Positions 42,397 through 53,233 are shown, numbered from the stretch's first letter. The stretch: 64,000 nt of DNA from an uncultured Chloroflexia bacterium (GCA_963763775.1 CAVXPZ010000003.1:96001-160000), one strand, 5' to 3'. Translations and numbers: made by a program. The notes: a model not told the origin generated them from the letters alone.

Positions 42397-43284
42397 TTAC
42401 CAGCCGCGGACGGCGAGTCGCTCCTGGTCGGGGATCTCCTCGAGGGCGATGCCCCGCATCGGGGCTCCCAGGCCCTTGGAGACCTCGGCGATCTTCTTCG
42501 GATCGTCGAAGAACGTGGTCGCCTGGACGATCGCGTTGGCCATCCGGGCCGGATCCTCGCTCTTGAAGATGCCGGAGCCGACGAACACGCCTTCGGCGCC
42601 GAGCTGCATCACGAGGGCCGCATCGGACGGCGTGCTGATCCCGCCGGCGACGAAGTTCACGACCGGCAGCTTGCCGTTCGCGGCGACGTCCTTCACCAGC
42701 TCATACGGTGCCTGGAGCTCCTTGGCGGCGACGAACAGCTCGTCCTCGCGCATCCCCTGGAGCCGGCGCATCTCGGCGAGCACGTCGCGAAGCTGGCGGA
42801 CGGCTTCGACGATGTTGCCGGTGCCCGCCTCGCCCTTGGTCCGCATCATCGCGGCGCCCTCGTTGATGCGCCGCAGGGCCTCGCCGAGGTTCCGGCAGCC
42901 GCACACGAACGGCACCTTGAAGGCGTGCTTGTCGATGTGGTTCGACTCGTCGGCCGGGGTCAGGACCTCGGACTCGTCGATGTAGTCGACGCCGAGGGCC
43001 TCGAGCACCTGGGCCTCGACGAAGTGGCCGATGCGAGCCTTGGCCATGACCGGGATCGTCACCGCGTCCATGATCCCCTCGATCATCGAGGGGTCGGACA
43101 TGCGGGCGACGCCGCCGGCCTTGCGGATATCGGCCGGGACGCGCTCGAGCGCCATGACGGCGACGGCGCCGGCATCCTCGGCGATCTTGGCCTGATCGGG
43201 CGTGACGACATCCATGATGACGCCGCCCTTGAGCATCTGGGCGAGACCCTTCTTGGTGGCCCAGGTGGACGTTTCGACGGTCAT
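42397..43284 (-). CDS. pdxS: PLP synthase lyase subunit
   Basis: [38 protein letters not shown]. Confidence 0.97.
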   Translation of the reverse strand: MTVETSTWATKKGLAQMLKGGVIMDVVTPDQAKIAEDAGAVAVMALERVPADIRKAGGVARMSDPSMIEGIMDAVTIPVMAKARIGHFVEAQVLEALGVDYIDESEVLTPADESNHIDKHAFKVPFVCGCRNLGEALRRINEGAAMMRTKGEAGTGNIVEAVRQLRDVLAEMRRLQGMREDELFVAAKELQAPYELVKDVAANGKLPVVNFVAGGISTPSDAALVMQLGAEGVFVGSGIFKSEDPARMANAIVQATTFFDDPKKIAEVSKGLGAPMRGIALEEIPDQERLAVRGW

Positions 43285-43525
43285 GTGCGGTGGATCCTTT
43301 GGTTGGCTGCGCTCGGTTCGCCGGTCGGGTCTGGCCCCGGGGTCGTCGCCCGTTCGAGTCGGCCGAGCCCCTCGCGCGTACGGGATTATGGCACGAGGGC
43401 CCGCATCGGCCTACCCCTTGGTCCAGTGGAGTGGGCCATCACGGGTCCCGCGGGACCGGGCGCGGCGGCCGGGGCCCGTGGCGGCGGAAGGCTGTCCGCG
43501 GCCCGGTCGCCCCATTTGCCGATTC

Positions 43526-43705
43526 CTGCCAAATGCCACTCAGGAGAGCCGTCGTCAGCAGATTCGGTCTCCCGACGACGACCCGTGATCGCGCTCCACG
43601 CTCGAGCGGACGCGCGACGTGGGCGACGCCTTGCCAATGGCCGTCCTGATGCGACATATGGCAGCGGATCTGCTGACGAGTGCCCGCCTGAGTGGCATCT
43701 GTCAG
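43526..43705. repeat. about 180-bp intergenic element with about 38-bp imperfect terminal inverted repeats (MITE-like)
   Basis: 43526-43563 CTGCCAAATGCCACTCAGGAGAGCCGTCGTCAGCAGAT versus reverse complement of 43668-43705 CTGACAGATGCCACTCAGGCGGGCACTCGTCAGCAGAT. Confidence 0.7.
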
Positions 43706-43767
43706 AAACGGACGGTCGGTCGGCGTGGCGGAGGCCGGCGCGGGCCGCCCGGCGCGCGGCCGATGTC

Positions 43768-44557
43768 CTACCGCGAAACCGTGCGGACGACCCCCGACAT
43801 GAGCTTCGTCGCGCGGCGGGCAGCCGTCGGCGAGAGGCGGGACAGCGTCTCGACCAGGTCGAGGACGTCGTCGTCCGGCAGGCCGCCGAGCAGGTCGAAC
43901 AGCCGCAGGATCGTTGTGTCGGGCACGCGTGCGAGCAGGTTGAGGGACCGCTCGAGCTCGCGGGGCTCGACCTTCGGCACGAGCCCGACGGCGCGGTCGA
44001 ACAGCTTCACGAAGACCAGGAACGGCGGCCAGCCAATCGCGGAGCGCGCCGAGCTCCTTGTCCTCGGGGTGCGCCTCGGCGGCGGTCGCGGCCTCGACGG
44101 CCTTGGCCTCGAGCACGGCGACGATCGGGTCGCCCTCGCGGACCTTGCGCTCGGCGATCACCCGGCCGAACCACTGCCAGTGGTCGCCGACCGCGAGGTA
44201 GGCGGTCCCGGCCGGGCCGCGTCGACCCACGCGTCGCGGCTCCGGGACGCGCTCGACGATGCCCCAGGACTCCGCCTCGGCGAGGGCCAGGCTGGCGGCT
44301 CGGTGACTGAGACCTAGGGCCTCGCGCACCTCGCGCTCGGTCAGCGGCTCCTGGCGGGCCATCAGGTAGGCCTGCACCCTCGCGATCGCCGGGGTGACCC
44401 CCCAGGCTGCGCCCATCTCGCCCCAGGCTGCGGCGAGTTCGAGCCGGATCGCCTCGGCCGTGGCGGACCCGCCCGCATCGGCGCCGTGCCCGTTCAGGGG
44501 CGCGCGGTCACCACTCGATGAAACGTGCGCCTTGACAGTAGCGAGTTCTTGGTCCAT
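43768..44557 (-). CDS. GbsR/MarR-like winged-helix regulator (frameshift near 44030; start uncertain)
   Basis: WGEMGAAWGVTPAIARVQAYL...LGLSHRAASLALAEAESWGIV. Confidence 0.75.
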
Positions 44558-44579
44558 AACTTGCTATGCCAGAGTAGCA
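44532..44579 (+). promoter_or_regulatory. sigma70-type promoter TTGACA-N17-CATAAC followed by TGCTA-N8-TAGCA inverted repeat
   Basis: TTGACA 44532-44537, CATAAC 44555-44560, inverted repeat 44562-44579. Confidence 0.55.
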
Positions 44580-44593
44580 CGAGGCGATGTCCC

Positions 44594-45073
44594 ATGGACG
44601 CCACGACGCCGATCGTCGCCGTCGAACCATCGTTGCCGGAGCGGAGCGTCCGCGCGATCGGCGCCGCACTCGCCGCCGTCGTCGCGCTCTCCATCGCGAC
44701 GACCGGCGGCGCACTCAAGCCGGACGACCAGGGCTGGTTGCTGGGTGTCCTCGGATTCCCGGCGGCGACGGTCCTTGCATGGCGGACGGCACCGAGGGTC
44801 ATGGCCGAGACCACGAAGGAAGGCGTCGCCCGACGAGCGACCTGGTTCGGCGTGCGGACCATCGCCTGGACCGAGGCGGCGATCTTCGGGCTGGCCATCA
44901 TCGTCCTCGGCCTCGCCAGCCTGCTCGACCAGCAGGGACAGCCGCTCGCCTGGATCCTGTTCCTCGCCGCGTACGGGTTCGTCGCCATGGTCGTCAGCGG
45001 GGTCGTCGTCGCCGTGATCGTCATCCCGGCGGCCATCATGTGGGCGGCCCTGCTTCGGATCGCGGCACGGTAA
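44594..45073 (+). CDS. hypothetical membrane protein
   Basis: Four hydrophobic segments; GAGG upstream. Confidence 0.7.
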   Translation: MDATTPIVAVEPSLPERSVRAIGAALAAVVALSIATTGGALKPDDQGWLLGVLGFPAATVLAWRTAPRVMAETTKEGVARRATWFGVRTIAWTEAAIFGLAIIVLGLASLLDQQGQPLAWILFLAAYGFVAMVVSGVVVAVIVIPAAIMWAALLRIAAR

Positions 45074-45079
45074 GCGACG

Positions 45080-45775
45080 GTGGCGACTGGATGGCAACTG
45101 CCGGCCCCAAGGCGATATCGCGATCCGCGCCGGCTCGGGCTGGCGATGGGGGCGATCGTCATCGTCTACGCCGTGTTCGTCGGCGGCATCCGGGCCGGGT
45201 TCGTCAAGGTCGCCGGTTCGAGCGCCGGCGAGATCGGCCCCAATCGAGCCGACCTCGGGGCGTTGTGGTTCATCGCCGCCCTCGCCCTGCCGGGGTTGAT
45301 CGCGGCGATCGCGGCGACCAGACGGTCGGGGGCGCTGCTGATCACCGCCGGCGTCCTGTGCCTGGCCCAGTCGGTGATCGCCTTCAGCGGCGTGACGCTG
45401 CCGTTCGCCGTGCCCGGGGCAGTCCTGATCGCGCTGGGCGTTGACGCGGGCTCGAGGTCCGCGCCGCAACGAGCGACGCTCGCGGGTCTCGGCGTCTTCG
45501 TCCTGGTGATCGCCGGCTGGGTGGTCGGCCTCGGGCTGACCGAGACTCGATGCTGGGTCGCCACGCAGGGCCCGGATGGTGTCCTCGTCTACGCCGACGT
45601 CCCGGACACCGGTGATGTGGCACTCGGCGAGACGGAGGTCGGCGCCGGTTGCGACGGCGGCGAGCCGACCGCGGCCGGGCTCGGTCTCGGTTTCGTGTTC
45701 GGCGCGACGGCCATCGCGTTGGCGGCATGGGGAACGAGGCCGAGCGCGCGTCGCGCGGACCTCGAGACCGCCTAG
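45080..45775 (+). CDS. hypothetical membrane protein
   Basis: About 6 TM segments with a Cys-bounded loop (TRCW...AGCD). Confidence 0.72.
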   Translation: MATGWQLPAPRRYRDPRRLGLAMGAIVIVYAVFVGGIRAGFVKVAGSSAGEIGPNRADLGALWFIAALALPGLIAAIAATRRSGALLITAGVLCLAQSVIAFSGVTLPFAVPGAVLIALGVDAGSRSAPQRATLAGLGVFVLVIAGWVVGLGLTETRCWVATQGPDGVLVYADVPDTGDVALGETEVGAGCDGGEPTAAGLGLGFVFGATAIALAAWGTRPSARRADLETA

Positions 45776-46248
45776 GTCAGCGGCAGCGGGATGTAGGCGC
45801 CGAGTGCGTTCGCGACCGCGACGAACAGCGGCGCGCCAAGGTCGACCTCGACCTCGCAGGAGGCGATGCGCTCGACGCCGGTCGGCGCGCTGAACTCATA
45901 GACGAGCTCCTGTCCGTCGAAGGCCGTGGGGCACTCGCCGGTGAACGGATGCGTCCGCAGCTCGGCGAAGTCGGTGAGCTTGATCGCCGCATCGATGGCC
46001 GCGACCTGGTCGAGCGGCACGGTCCCCAGGTCGTTCGGCGGCTTCGCGGCCTGGTGGACGCGGCCGTCGCGCTCCAGGATCACCGTCGTGCCGCACGGCG
46101 CGTTCGGACATTCGCCGCCACGCATCTCCACGGTGACGAGCGGTCCGCTCCCGCCGCCTCCGGCGATCGAACAGGCACCGGCGAGACCGGCCGCCAGCAC
46201 GGCGAGGATGGCGATGACGATGGCCGTTGGGCGTCGCATGTCGTGCAT
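45772..46248 (-). CDS. hypothetical lipoprotein
   Basis: Lipobox-like LAGAC; RGGECPNAPC, GECPTAFDG, ASC. Confidence 0.75.
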   Translation of the reverse strand: MHDMRRPTAIVIAILAVLAAGLAGACSIAGGGGSGPLVTVEMRGGECPNAPCGTTVILERDGRVHQAAKPPNDLGTVPLDQVAAIDAAIKLTDFAELRTHPFTGECPTAFDGQELVYEFSAPTGVERIASCEVEVDLGAPLFVAVANALGAYIPLPLT

Positions 46249-46395
46249 GAGCGCCCCGACGGTAGCCGACGGTGCGCGGTTCCCGCCGCGACGTCCTCGT
46301 GGAGGGCCGCGTCGCGCACCCGCCCGGGAGCGACGGTCCACGACCCATGTCGACCCTCGACGACGGCGATCCCGCGCGGACGTTCGCGATGGGAT

Positions 46396-46519
46396 TCACC
46401 CGTTTGCCCGACGTCGTGCATCTACTCTGCTGACCGGCGGATGTGCTGCTGGACGGCGGAGGGAGTGGGGTTGACTGTCGAGTCGTTGCGACGCGGCGAG
46501 GCCGAGGTCCTGACCGAGC
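46396..46519 (+). repeat. ECF promoter/leader/5' end, duplicated in degenerate form at 51286-51407
   Basis: TCACCC-N16/17-C(A/G)TCTA-x-TCTGCTGACCGGCGG-x-TGTGC...CGGAGGGA shared by both copies. Confidence 0.8.
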
Positions 46520-47001
46520 TGCTCGAACAGCATGGCCGGGAGATCCAGGGTGTCGCGTACCTCATCCTGCGCAATGCGGCCGATGCCGAGGACGTCCTGA
46601 TGGACACCCTGATCGCCGCGCTCGACCGGGGCGCCTCGCTCCGTGACGCGGCAGCCCTGCGCCCCTGGCTGCTCAAGATCGCCACCAATCAAGCGCTCAG
46701 CCGTCGGCGTCGCTTCCGGCTCGTGACCTGGGTCGACGTCGTGCCGGATCTTCCGGGTCCGGTGACAGACACCACAGAACACGTGGCCTTGGTCCAGGGC
46801 CTCGCGGCCCTGCCGATCCGGTCGCGCGCAGCCGTCGTGCTGCACTACTACGCCGACCTCCCGGTCGCGGACGTGGCCGCGGCGATGGGCACGAGTCCGA
46901 ACACCGTGAAGTCCCAACTCCGGACCGGTCTGGCGCGACTGCGCGAGTCCCTTGACACCTCCGTCGCCAACGCGACCCATGTGGAGCCGATCAATGGCTG
47001 A
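46471..47001 (+). CDS. ECF RNA polymerase sigma factor
   Basis: DAEDVL, WLLKIATN, AVVLHYYADL...SPNTVKSQLR; GGAGGGAG RBS before TTG. Confidence 0.9.
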   Translation: MTVESLRRGEAEVLTELLEQHGREIQGVAYLILRNAADAEDVLMDTLIAALDRGASLRDAAALRPWLLKIATNQALSRRRRFRLVTWVDVVPDLPGPVTDTTEHVALVQGLAALPIRSRAAVVLHYYADLPVADVAAAMGTSPNTVKSQLRTGLARLRESLDTSVANATHVEPING

Positions 47002-48396
47002 ACAGACGAATGACCCTCGGTTCGAATCGCTGTTGCGAGGGGCCCTGGCGGCCGAGGTCGCGAGCCTCCCGCTGACGATCGGCCCGGAGCGGATCTTGGA
47101 CCACGCCGGTGCTCGTCGAGGCGGTCGCGCGCGTTCGCGCCTCGGACTGGGGATCTCGGTGGCAGGACGGTCCGTCTGCGCCAGGCTTCCCTCGGACTAG
47201 GTGCTGTCGCGGTGGTGGTCGTGGTCGGTGCCGTCGTCCTCACCACCTTGCGGTTCGACCACACCTCCACGGCATCGCTGCCCACGTCGCTCGACGGCTG
47301 GTCGCGCGTCGCCTTGGACATGCCGCCTGACAGTCGGATCGAGTCGATCGTCGCCGGCCCGCATGGACTGCTCGCGATCGCTCGAAGGGATGGGGATGGC
47401 CCGGCCAGCCTCGTCGTCTCGGCGGACGGCCGTGACTGGACGACGGTGCCGAACGACCGAGCTCCCGGTGGGTGGGACACGAGGAAGACCAATCGCATCG
47501 CGGCCACCGGAACGGACGAGGGGTTCCTGATGCTGCTGGGCGACGAGGCCTGGACCGCCAAGACCGGCGACGGCGACTGGCAGCGGATCTCCAGTGAGAC
47601 CGGGCTCTGGCCGAACGTCATGGCCGTCGCCCGAGGCGGTCCCGGCTACGTCGCGGTCGGGGAGAACGACCATGCGTGGTATTCCAACGACGGGTCGGAC
47701 TGGACCCCGGCCAAGCTGCCGCCGCCGCCAGTCGATCTGGTCGACCGCACGGACTACCCCCACGTCACGGTCCTCCTCTCCGGCATCGCCGTCGCGGGCG
47801 ACCACCTCCTCGCGAGCGGCTGGGCCGGTGCCGACAACGGCAAGGAGATCATCGGGCACGACATCGTGCTGACGTCGAAGGACGGCCGGACGTGGACCGC
47901 CGCCCCCGCTGGGGGATCGGATGGGCAATCGATCGCCGGGGGACCCGGCGGCTTCGTGGCTATCGATCTCGATCCGGACATCGATGGGTGGCGAGTCCAG
48001 TCCTCCGCGGACGGCGAGACCTGGCGGAGGACCCAAAGCGACGCGTTCCGACGGAGCCTGCCGCACGCACGGCCATCCGACGACGCTGGCGGCGACCGGA
48101 ACCCCTTCCACGGGATCTCCGTCGCTGATGTCGCCGCGGTCGAGGACGGATATGTCGCGGTCGGCTTCGAGCAGGCCTGCCCGGGCGGGCAGTGCTGGAC
48201 GACCGAAGCCGTGATCTGGACCTCAGCCGATGGACAGACGTGGTCGCGCCTTCCCAGCGACGAGCGCTTCAGGTCGGTGGGTCAGTGGGACTCGTCCGGG
48301 ACCGAAGCACGTTGGGTCGTCGCCATGGGATCCCGGATCGTCATCGCGGGAACGTACGAAGACGTGCCGACGATCTGGATCTCCGATGGTCGCTGA
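46994..48396 (+). CDS. putative anti-sigma partner: TM + extracellular Asp-box (BNR) beta-propeller; frameshift at about 47130-47200
   Basis: Overlaps the sigma stop; repeats SADGRDW, SNDGSDW, SKDGRTW, SADGETW, SADGQTW. Confidence 0.75.
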
Positions 48397-48408
48397 GCCA
48401 TCGAAGCA

Positions 48409-48424
48409 GGTTTCGATCGAAACC
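48409..48424. terminator. 16-bp perfect palindrome after the propeller gene
   Basis: GGTTTCGATCGAAACC. Confidence 0.35.
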
Positions 48425-48633
48425 GCCGCTCCTGCATCGCCAGTCGCCTAGCGCGACGACCGCGAGTCGGGCACGCGCCGGCGCCGAGCGGTTCCGCGCC
48501 CGCCACGACGGCGCCCGCGCATCCGGCCACACGGCCGCAGCGATCGGCGTCGTACTTTTGAGTATCCGGGCGGCGACCATCCGTCATAACGGACAACACG
48601 CGCCACAAGGGCTCGTGTCGGTGGGAGGAGACG

Positions 48634-49185
48634 ATGCGGCGCGATCTCGTCGAGGCGGCACGTCGCGGCGATCACGAGGCCTTCGAGGTCCTCGCGACGT
48701 CGGCCGGCGATCGCCTGTACGCCGTCGCTCGCCTGATCCTTCGCGCGACCGATCTGGCGGAGGATGCCGTGCAGGAAGCGCTCGTTCGCGCGTGGCAGCA
48801 GCTGCCGTCGCTGCGCGACCCGGATCGGTTCGACGCGTGGCTCCATCGCCTCGTGGTCAACGCCTGCGCGGACCAGGGCCGACAGCAGCGCCGCTGGGCG
48901 CAGCAGGTCCGGCCACTCGCGACCGACGTCTCGATCAGCGACGACACCGGTTCGGTCGCCGATCGTGACCAGCTCGAGCGTGGGTTCGATCGACTGAAGC
49001 CCGAACAGCGGGCGGTGGTCGTCCTCCACTACTACAGCGGGTTCTCGGCGGCCGAGATCGCCGTGATCCTTGACATCCCGGAGGGGACCGCAAGGTCACG
49101 ACTCTATTACGCGACCGAGGCGATGCGTGCGGTGCTCGACGCCGACGCCCGTCGGCCGGTGGTCGCCCAGAACAGGACAGCGTGA
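48634..49185 (+). CDS. ECF RNA polymerase sigma factor
   Basis: LAEDAVQEAL, LRDPDRFDAWLHR, IPEGTARSRL; GGAGGAG RBS. Confidence 0.93.
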   Translation: MRRDLVEAARRGDHEAFEVLATSAGDRLYAVARLILRATDLAEDAVQEALVRAWQQLPSLRDPDRFDAWLHRLVVNACADQGRQQRRWAQQVRPLATDVSISDDTGSVADRDQLERGFDRLKPEQRAVVVLHYYSGFSAAEIAVILDIPEGTARSRLYYATEAMRAVLDADARRPVVAQNRTA

Positions 49186-51245
49186 TGGACCGATTCGACC
49201 AGTCCGACGAGATGATCGGCCGATGGCTCAAGGATGCGGCGGACCAGCGACTCCCTCAGCGGGTGTTGGACGCCACCTTCGAGCGGACGCGGAAGAGCCG
49301 CCAGCGAATCCCGTGGCGTGTCATGCCGTGGAGATCCTGGATCCCGCGGGCCGTTCCCGCGATCGCTGGCGCAGCCGTCCTCGTGGTCGCGGTCGTGGTG
49401 GCGGCGAACCTGGCCATCGATCACCGGGCCGCCGTCGGGCCACAACCGACTGCTGGTCCGACCGCCGATGCCAGAAGCCCCTTCCTCGGGACGTGGATCT
49501 CCACCAGCGACGCCGACGGCGGGACACAGACGCTGACGGTCAGCCCGTCCGCCGATGGCGGCGTCGAGATCGCCGTGAGCGACAGCATCGCCACGGTGTG
49601 TACGCGCACCCCGTCCACCATGACCGGGACCGGGCGGATCGAGGGCAGCACGAAGCTCGTCATCCCCGCCCCCGTGTACAAGTGCGACGACGGGAGCGCG
49701 CCCACGGTCCCGAGCAGTGATCCCCCGCTCGATCAGCAGCTCCGTGGCCTGACCTATGTCCACGACCCCGAGACCGACATCCTCACGGTCGGGAGCGGGA
49801 ACGTGAGCGTGTGGCGACGGCCCGAGGCGGTCGAGGTCGTGCCGCCCGATGGCGGCGGCGATCGCGGGCAGTGGGATCCAACCCACTTCGCCGGCACCTG
49901 GGCGTCGTCGAACGCCGACACCGGGTTCCTTGGGACATGGGCAGCGACCGACGTGGACGGCAGCTCCCTCGTGCTCGGGATCCGGGCCGCAGAAGCCTCC
50001 CCGGACACGCTCGAGGTCCTGCTGCTCGACGATCGCGCCGGTGGCGGCCATCGCCGGTGGCCCGATTCGGACTGGCCGAGCCCGTTGTGCTCGACCGGCT
50101 CCGGCACCCCCGGTCCGATCACGATGACCGGGATCGGGCGCGCCGAAGGACCGGCACTCGCCGTCGACCCACAGACCTGGCTGTGTGCGAACTCGCCTAG
50201 CCCGACCGTCGTGACGGGCGATCGCTCGATCCAGATGGCCGGCGCCTATGTACCCCTCATCCACGACCGGGAGACCGACACCCTCGGGGGCCCAGCGGGC
50301 GTGGTCTGGCACCGACGGTCGGTCGGGAGCGACCCGATCGCCCTGCCGTTCTGGGGCGTCTGGCCCCAGTCGTCCGCTCAGGATGCCGCCGAAGCGCAGC
50401 GGCGTGCCGACGCCGGCGACCCGGCGGTCGCATGGCAGATCGCTCCGGATCTGGCCAACCCGCCGGGCTCGGTGACCTACCCGTTCCCGTCGCGAGTCCC
50501 GCTGCCCGACGCCGCCGATGCGGCCGAGATCCTGACCCGGTTCTTCCGGGACCAGCTCGGCTGGGAGCGGTCCATGACCGTCTCCCGGAGCGGACCGCCA
50601 GACGGGTTCCCGGGCCCGGGCTGGGACTTCGTTCGGATCCGCTGCGGCCCTGGGACGAACCCCCTCTACCCGAACGACTCGATCGGGAGGGCCTGCCCGC
50701 CGACGATCAACGGCACGCAGTACGAGACGGTCCGAATGCGGGTCATGCAGCCGGTCCACAACGGGCCGACCGGGATCTGGGTCGTCTCCGGGTGGGAGGC
50801 TCTCGACCCCGGAGACGGGCGGGTCCTGGACTTCGCGAACAGCGGCTGGGTCCATCGGCAGTACGCGCAGGTCGTGCCACCCACCCACGCCGAGATCGTG
50901 GACGCCCTCAAGACCTTCCTCACCGCCAGGGTGGCGGGTCGCGGGGCCGAGGCGTACCTGACCGAGAGCTACCTCGACGCCCAGCAACCCGCGACGGTCC
51001 CACTCCTCTACGCGACGTCCGCGGGCGACCCTTTCGAACGTTTCGAGATCGTCGACGTGCAGAAGGAGGCGGACTGGCCGGCCGGTACGTACGGGGTGAC
51101 GGTGCGGCTGTTCGCCCGTGGGAAGGACGTCGTGCAGCAGGAGATCCAGATGTGGCCGGGCGCTCAGGGACGGATGAACCTGGACTCTTCGATCACCTTG
51201 GAGAACGGGGCAGGGGTCCCGGACGACCTAGGCTTGGTGGAGTGA
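49182..51245 (+). CDS. putative anti-sigma partner: short cytoplasmic domain, TM, large extracellular region
   Basis: Overlaps the sigma stop; one TM (VPAIAGAAVLVVAVVVAANL); duplicated FLGTW-x-x-TD-x-DG domains. Confidence 0.75.
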   Translation: MMDRFDQSDEMIGRWLKDAADQRLPQRVLDATFERTRKSRQRIPWRVMPWRSWIPRAVPAIAGAAVLVVAVVVAANLAIDHRAAVGPQPTAGPTADARSPFLGTWISTSDADGGTQTLTVSPSADGGVEIAVSDSIATVCTRTPSTMTGTGRIEGSTKLVIPAPVYKCDDGSAPTVPSSDPPLDQQLRGLTYVHDPETDILTVGSGNVSVWRRPEAVEVVPPDGGGDRGQWDPTHFAGTWASSNADTGFLGTWAATDVDGSSLVLGIRAAEASPDTLEVLLLDDRAGGGHRRWPDSDWPSPLCSTGSGTPGPITMTGIGRAEGPALAVDPQTWLCANSPSPTVVTGDRSIQMAGAYVPLIHDRETDTLGGPAGVVWHRRSVGSDPIALPFWGVWPQSSAQDAAEAQRRADAGDPAVAWQIAPDLANPPGSVTYPFPSRVPLPDAADAAEILTRFFRDQLGWERSMTVSRSGPPDGFPGPGWDFVRIRCGPGTNPLYPNDSIGRACPPTINGTQYETVRMRVMQPVHNGPTGIWVVSGWEALDPGDGRVLDFANSGWVHRQYAQVVPPTHAEIVDALKTFLTARVAGRGAEAYLTESYLDAQQPATVPLLYATSAGDPFERFEIVDVQKEADWPAGTYGVTVRLFARGKDVVQQEIQMWPGAQGRMNLDSSITLENGAGVPDDLGLVE

Positions 51246-51285
51246 CCGCCGCGGCCAAGCCCGCCTGACCGGGATCCGCGACCAA

Positions 51286-51515
51286 TCACCCGTTCGGCCT
51301 ACCCGGGCGTCTAGTCTGCTGACCGGCGGGTGTGCCGCCGGCCGACGGAGGGAATGGGTTGGCCGTCGACGCATCGCGGCGCGGTGAGGCCGACGTCCTT
51401 GCCGAGCGAAGAGTTCTGGATCCTCGTGATCGTCGCGGAGGGATCGCCTGGATCGCCATCGAAGGACCTCGCCGAACGGCAGGCGATCCTCGACTCCATC
51501 CACATCGAGCCCTGA
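51286..51515 (+). pseudogene. deletion remnant of an ECF sigma/partner cassette
   Basis: LAVDASRRGEADVLAE (compare LTVESLRRGEAEVLTE) joined out of frame to ...AERQAILDSIHIEP*. Confidence 0.7.
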
Positions 51516-51574
51516 GCTCGTCGATCGTCGAACCGCTCGTTCGCAGGGCCCGGCGCCGCCTATGATCGACCGCG

Positions 51575-53183
51575 ATGGCCGTCCTCACGACGCGGATCGT
51601 TCCGGACTCCGATGAGGCGCGCACGAACCGGGCGTCGATGCAGTCGCTCGTCGACGACCTGCGTGCGCGTCAATCCGCCGTCGCCGGCCGGGGTGCCGCC
51701 GGTGACGAGCGCTCGATCGAGCGCCACCGAGAGCGCGGCAAGCTGCCGGTCCGCGATCGCATCGACCGCCTGATCGACCCCGGCTCGGCGTTCCTGGAGC
51801 TCTAGCCCGCTCGCCGCGACCGGCCTCTACGACGACGACGCGCCCGGCGCCGGCATCGTCACGGGCATCGGCCGCATCGAGGGCACGACGTGCGTCGTCG
51901 TGGCCAACGACGCCACGGTCAAGGGCGGCACCTACTACCCGATGACGGTCAAGAAGCACCTGCGCGCCCAGGAGATCGCCCTCGAGAACCGGTTGCCGTG
52001 CATCTATCTCGTCGACAGCGGCGGCGCCTATCTCCCGCTCCAGGCGGACGTCTTCCCGGACCGCGACCACTTCGGGCGGATCTTCTACAACCAGGCACGG
52101 ATGTCGGCCGCGGGGATCCCGCAGGTCGCGCTGGTCATGGGCAGTTGTACGGCCGGCGGCGCGTACGTCCCGGCGATGAGCGACGAGACCGTCATCGTCA
52201 AGGGCACCGGCACGATCTTCCTCGGCGGGCCGCCGCTCGTGAAGGCCGCGACGGGCGAGGACGTGACGCCCGAGGAACTCGGCGGGTCCGAAGTCCACGT
52301 CGCGAAGTCGGGCGTCGCGGACCACGAGGCCCTCGATGACGAGCATGCCCTGGCGATCGGCCGGTCGATCGTCGCCAACCTCAACCGCCGGCCGCCGATC
52401 CCGCCCTGGGAGCGAGCCGAGCCCGAGCTGCCCGCCGTCGACCCGGCCGGCCCGAGCGGCCTGTACGCCGCGGTCTCCTCCGACCCGCGCCGTCCCGTCC
52501 CGGTCCGCGAGCTCATCGCCCGGCTCGTCGACGGCTCGCGATTCCACGAGTTCAAGGCGCGCTACGGCGAGACGCTCGTGACCGGGTTCGCGCACCTCGG
52601 CGGCTACCCCGTCGCGATCCTCGCCAACGACGGGATCCTCTTCAGCCAGTCGGCACTGAAGGGCGCCCACTTCGTCGAGCTCGCCTGCCAGCGTCGGATC
52701 CCGCTCGTGTTCCTCCAGAACATCACGGGGTTCATGGTCGGCCGCGAGTACGAGGAGGCCGGCATCGCCAAGGACGGCGCCAAGCTGGTGATGGCGGTCG
52801 CCAACGCGGAGGTCCCGAAGTTCACCGTCCTCATCGGCGGCAGCTTCGGGGCGGGCAACTACGCGATGGCCGGTCGCGCCTATCAGCCGCGGTTCCTGTG
52901 GTCCTGGCCGAACGCCCGGATCTCGGTGATGGGCGGGCCGCAGGCGGCGCGGGTCCTGTCGACGGTCCGCGGCGGGTTCGCGACGGACGACGAGCGCGAC
53001 GCCTTCGAGGCGCCGATCCTCGAGACCTATGAGCGCGAGGGCTCCCCGTACTTCGCGACGGCGCGGCTCTGGGACGACGGCGTCATCGACCCGCTCGACA
53101 CGCGCCGCATCCTGACGATGGGCATCGAGGCGGCACTGCACGCGCCGATCCCCGAGACGCGGTTCGGGGTCTTCCGGATGTGA
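51575..53183 (+). CDS. liuB: 3-methylcrotonyl-CoA carboxylase beta (carboxyltransferase) subunit; frameshift near 51803
   Basis: [52 protein letters not shown]. Confidence 0.92.
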
Positions 53184-53233
53184 GTCCGATGCACGGACCG
53201 GCGGGCGAGCACGCCAGCCGGTAGCATCGGCCG

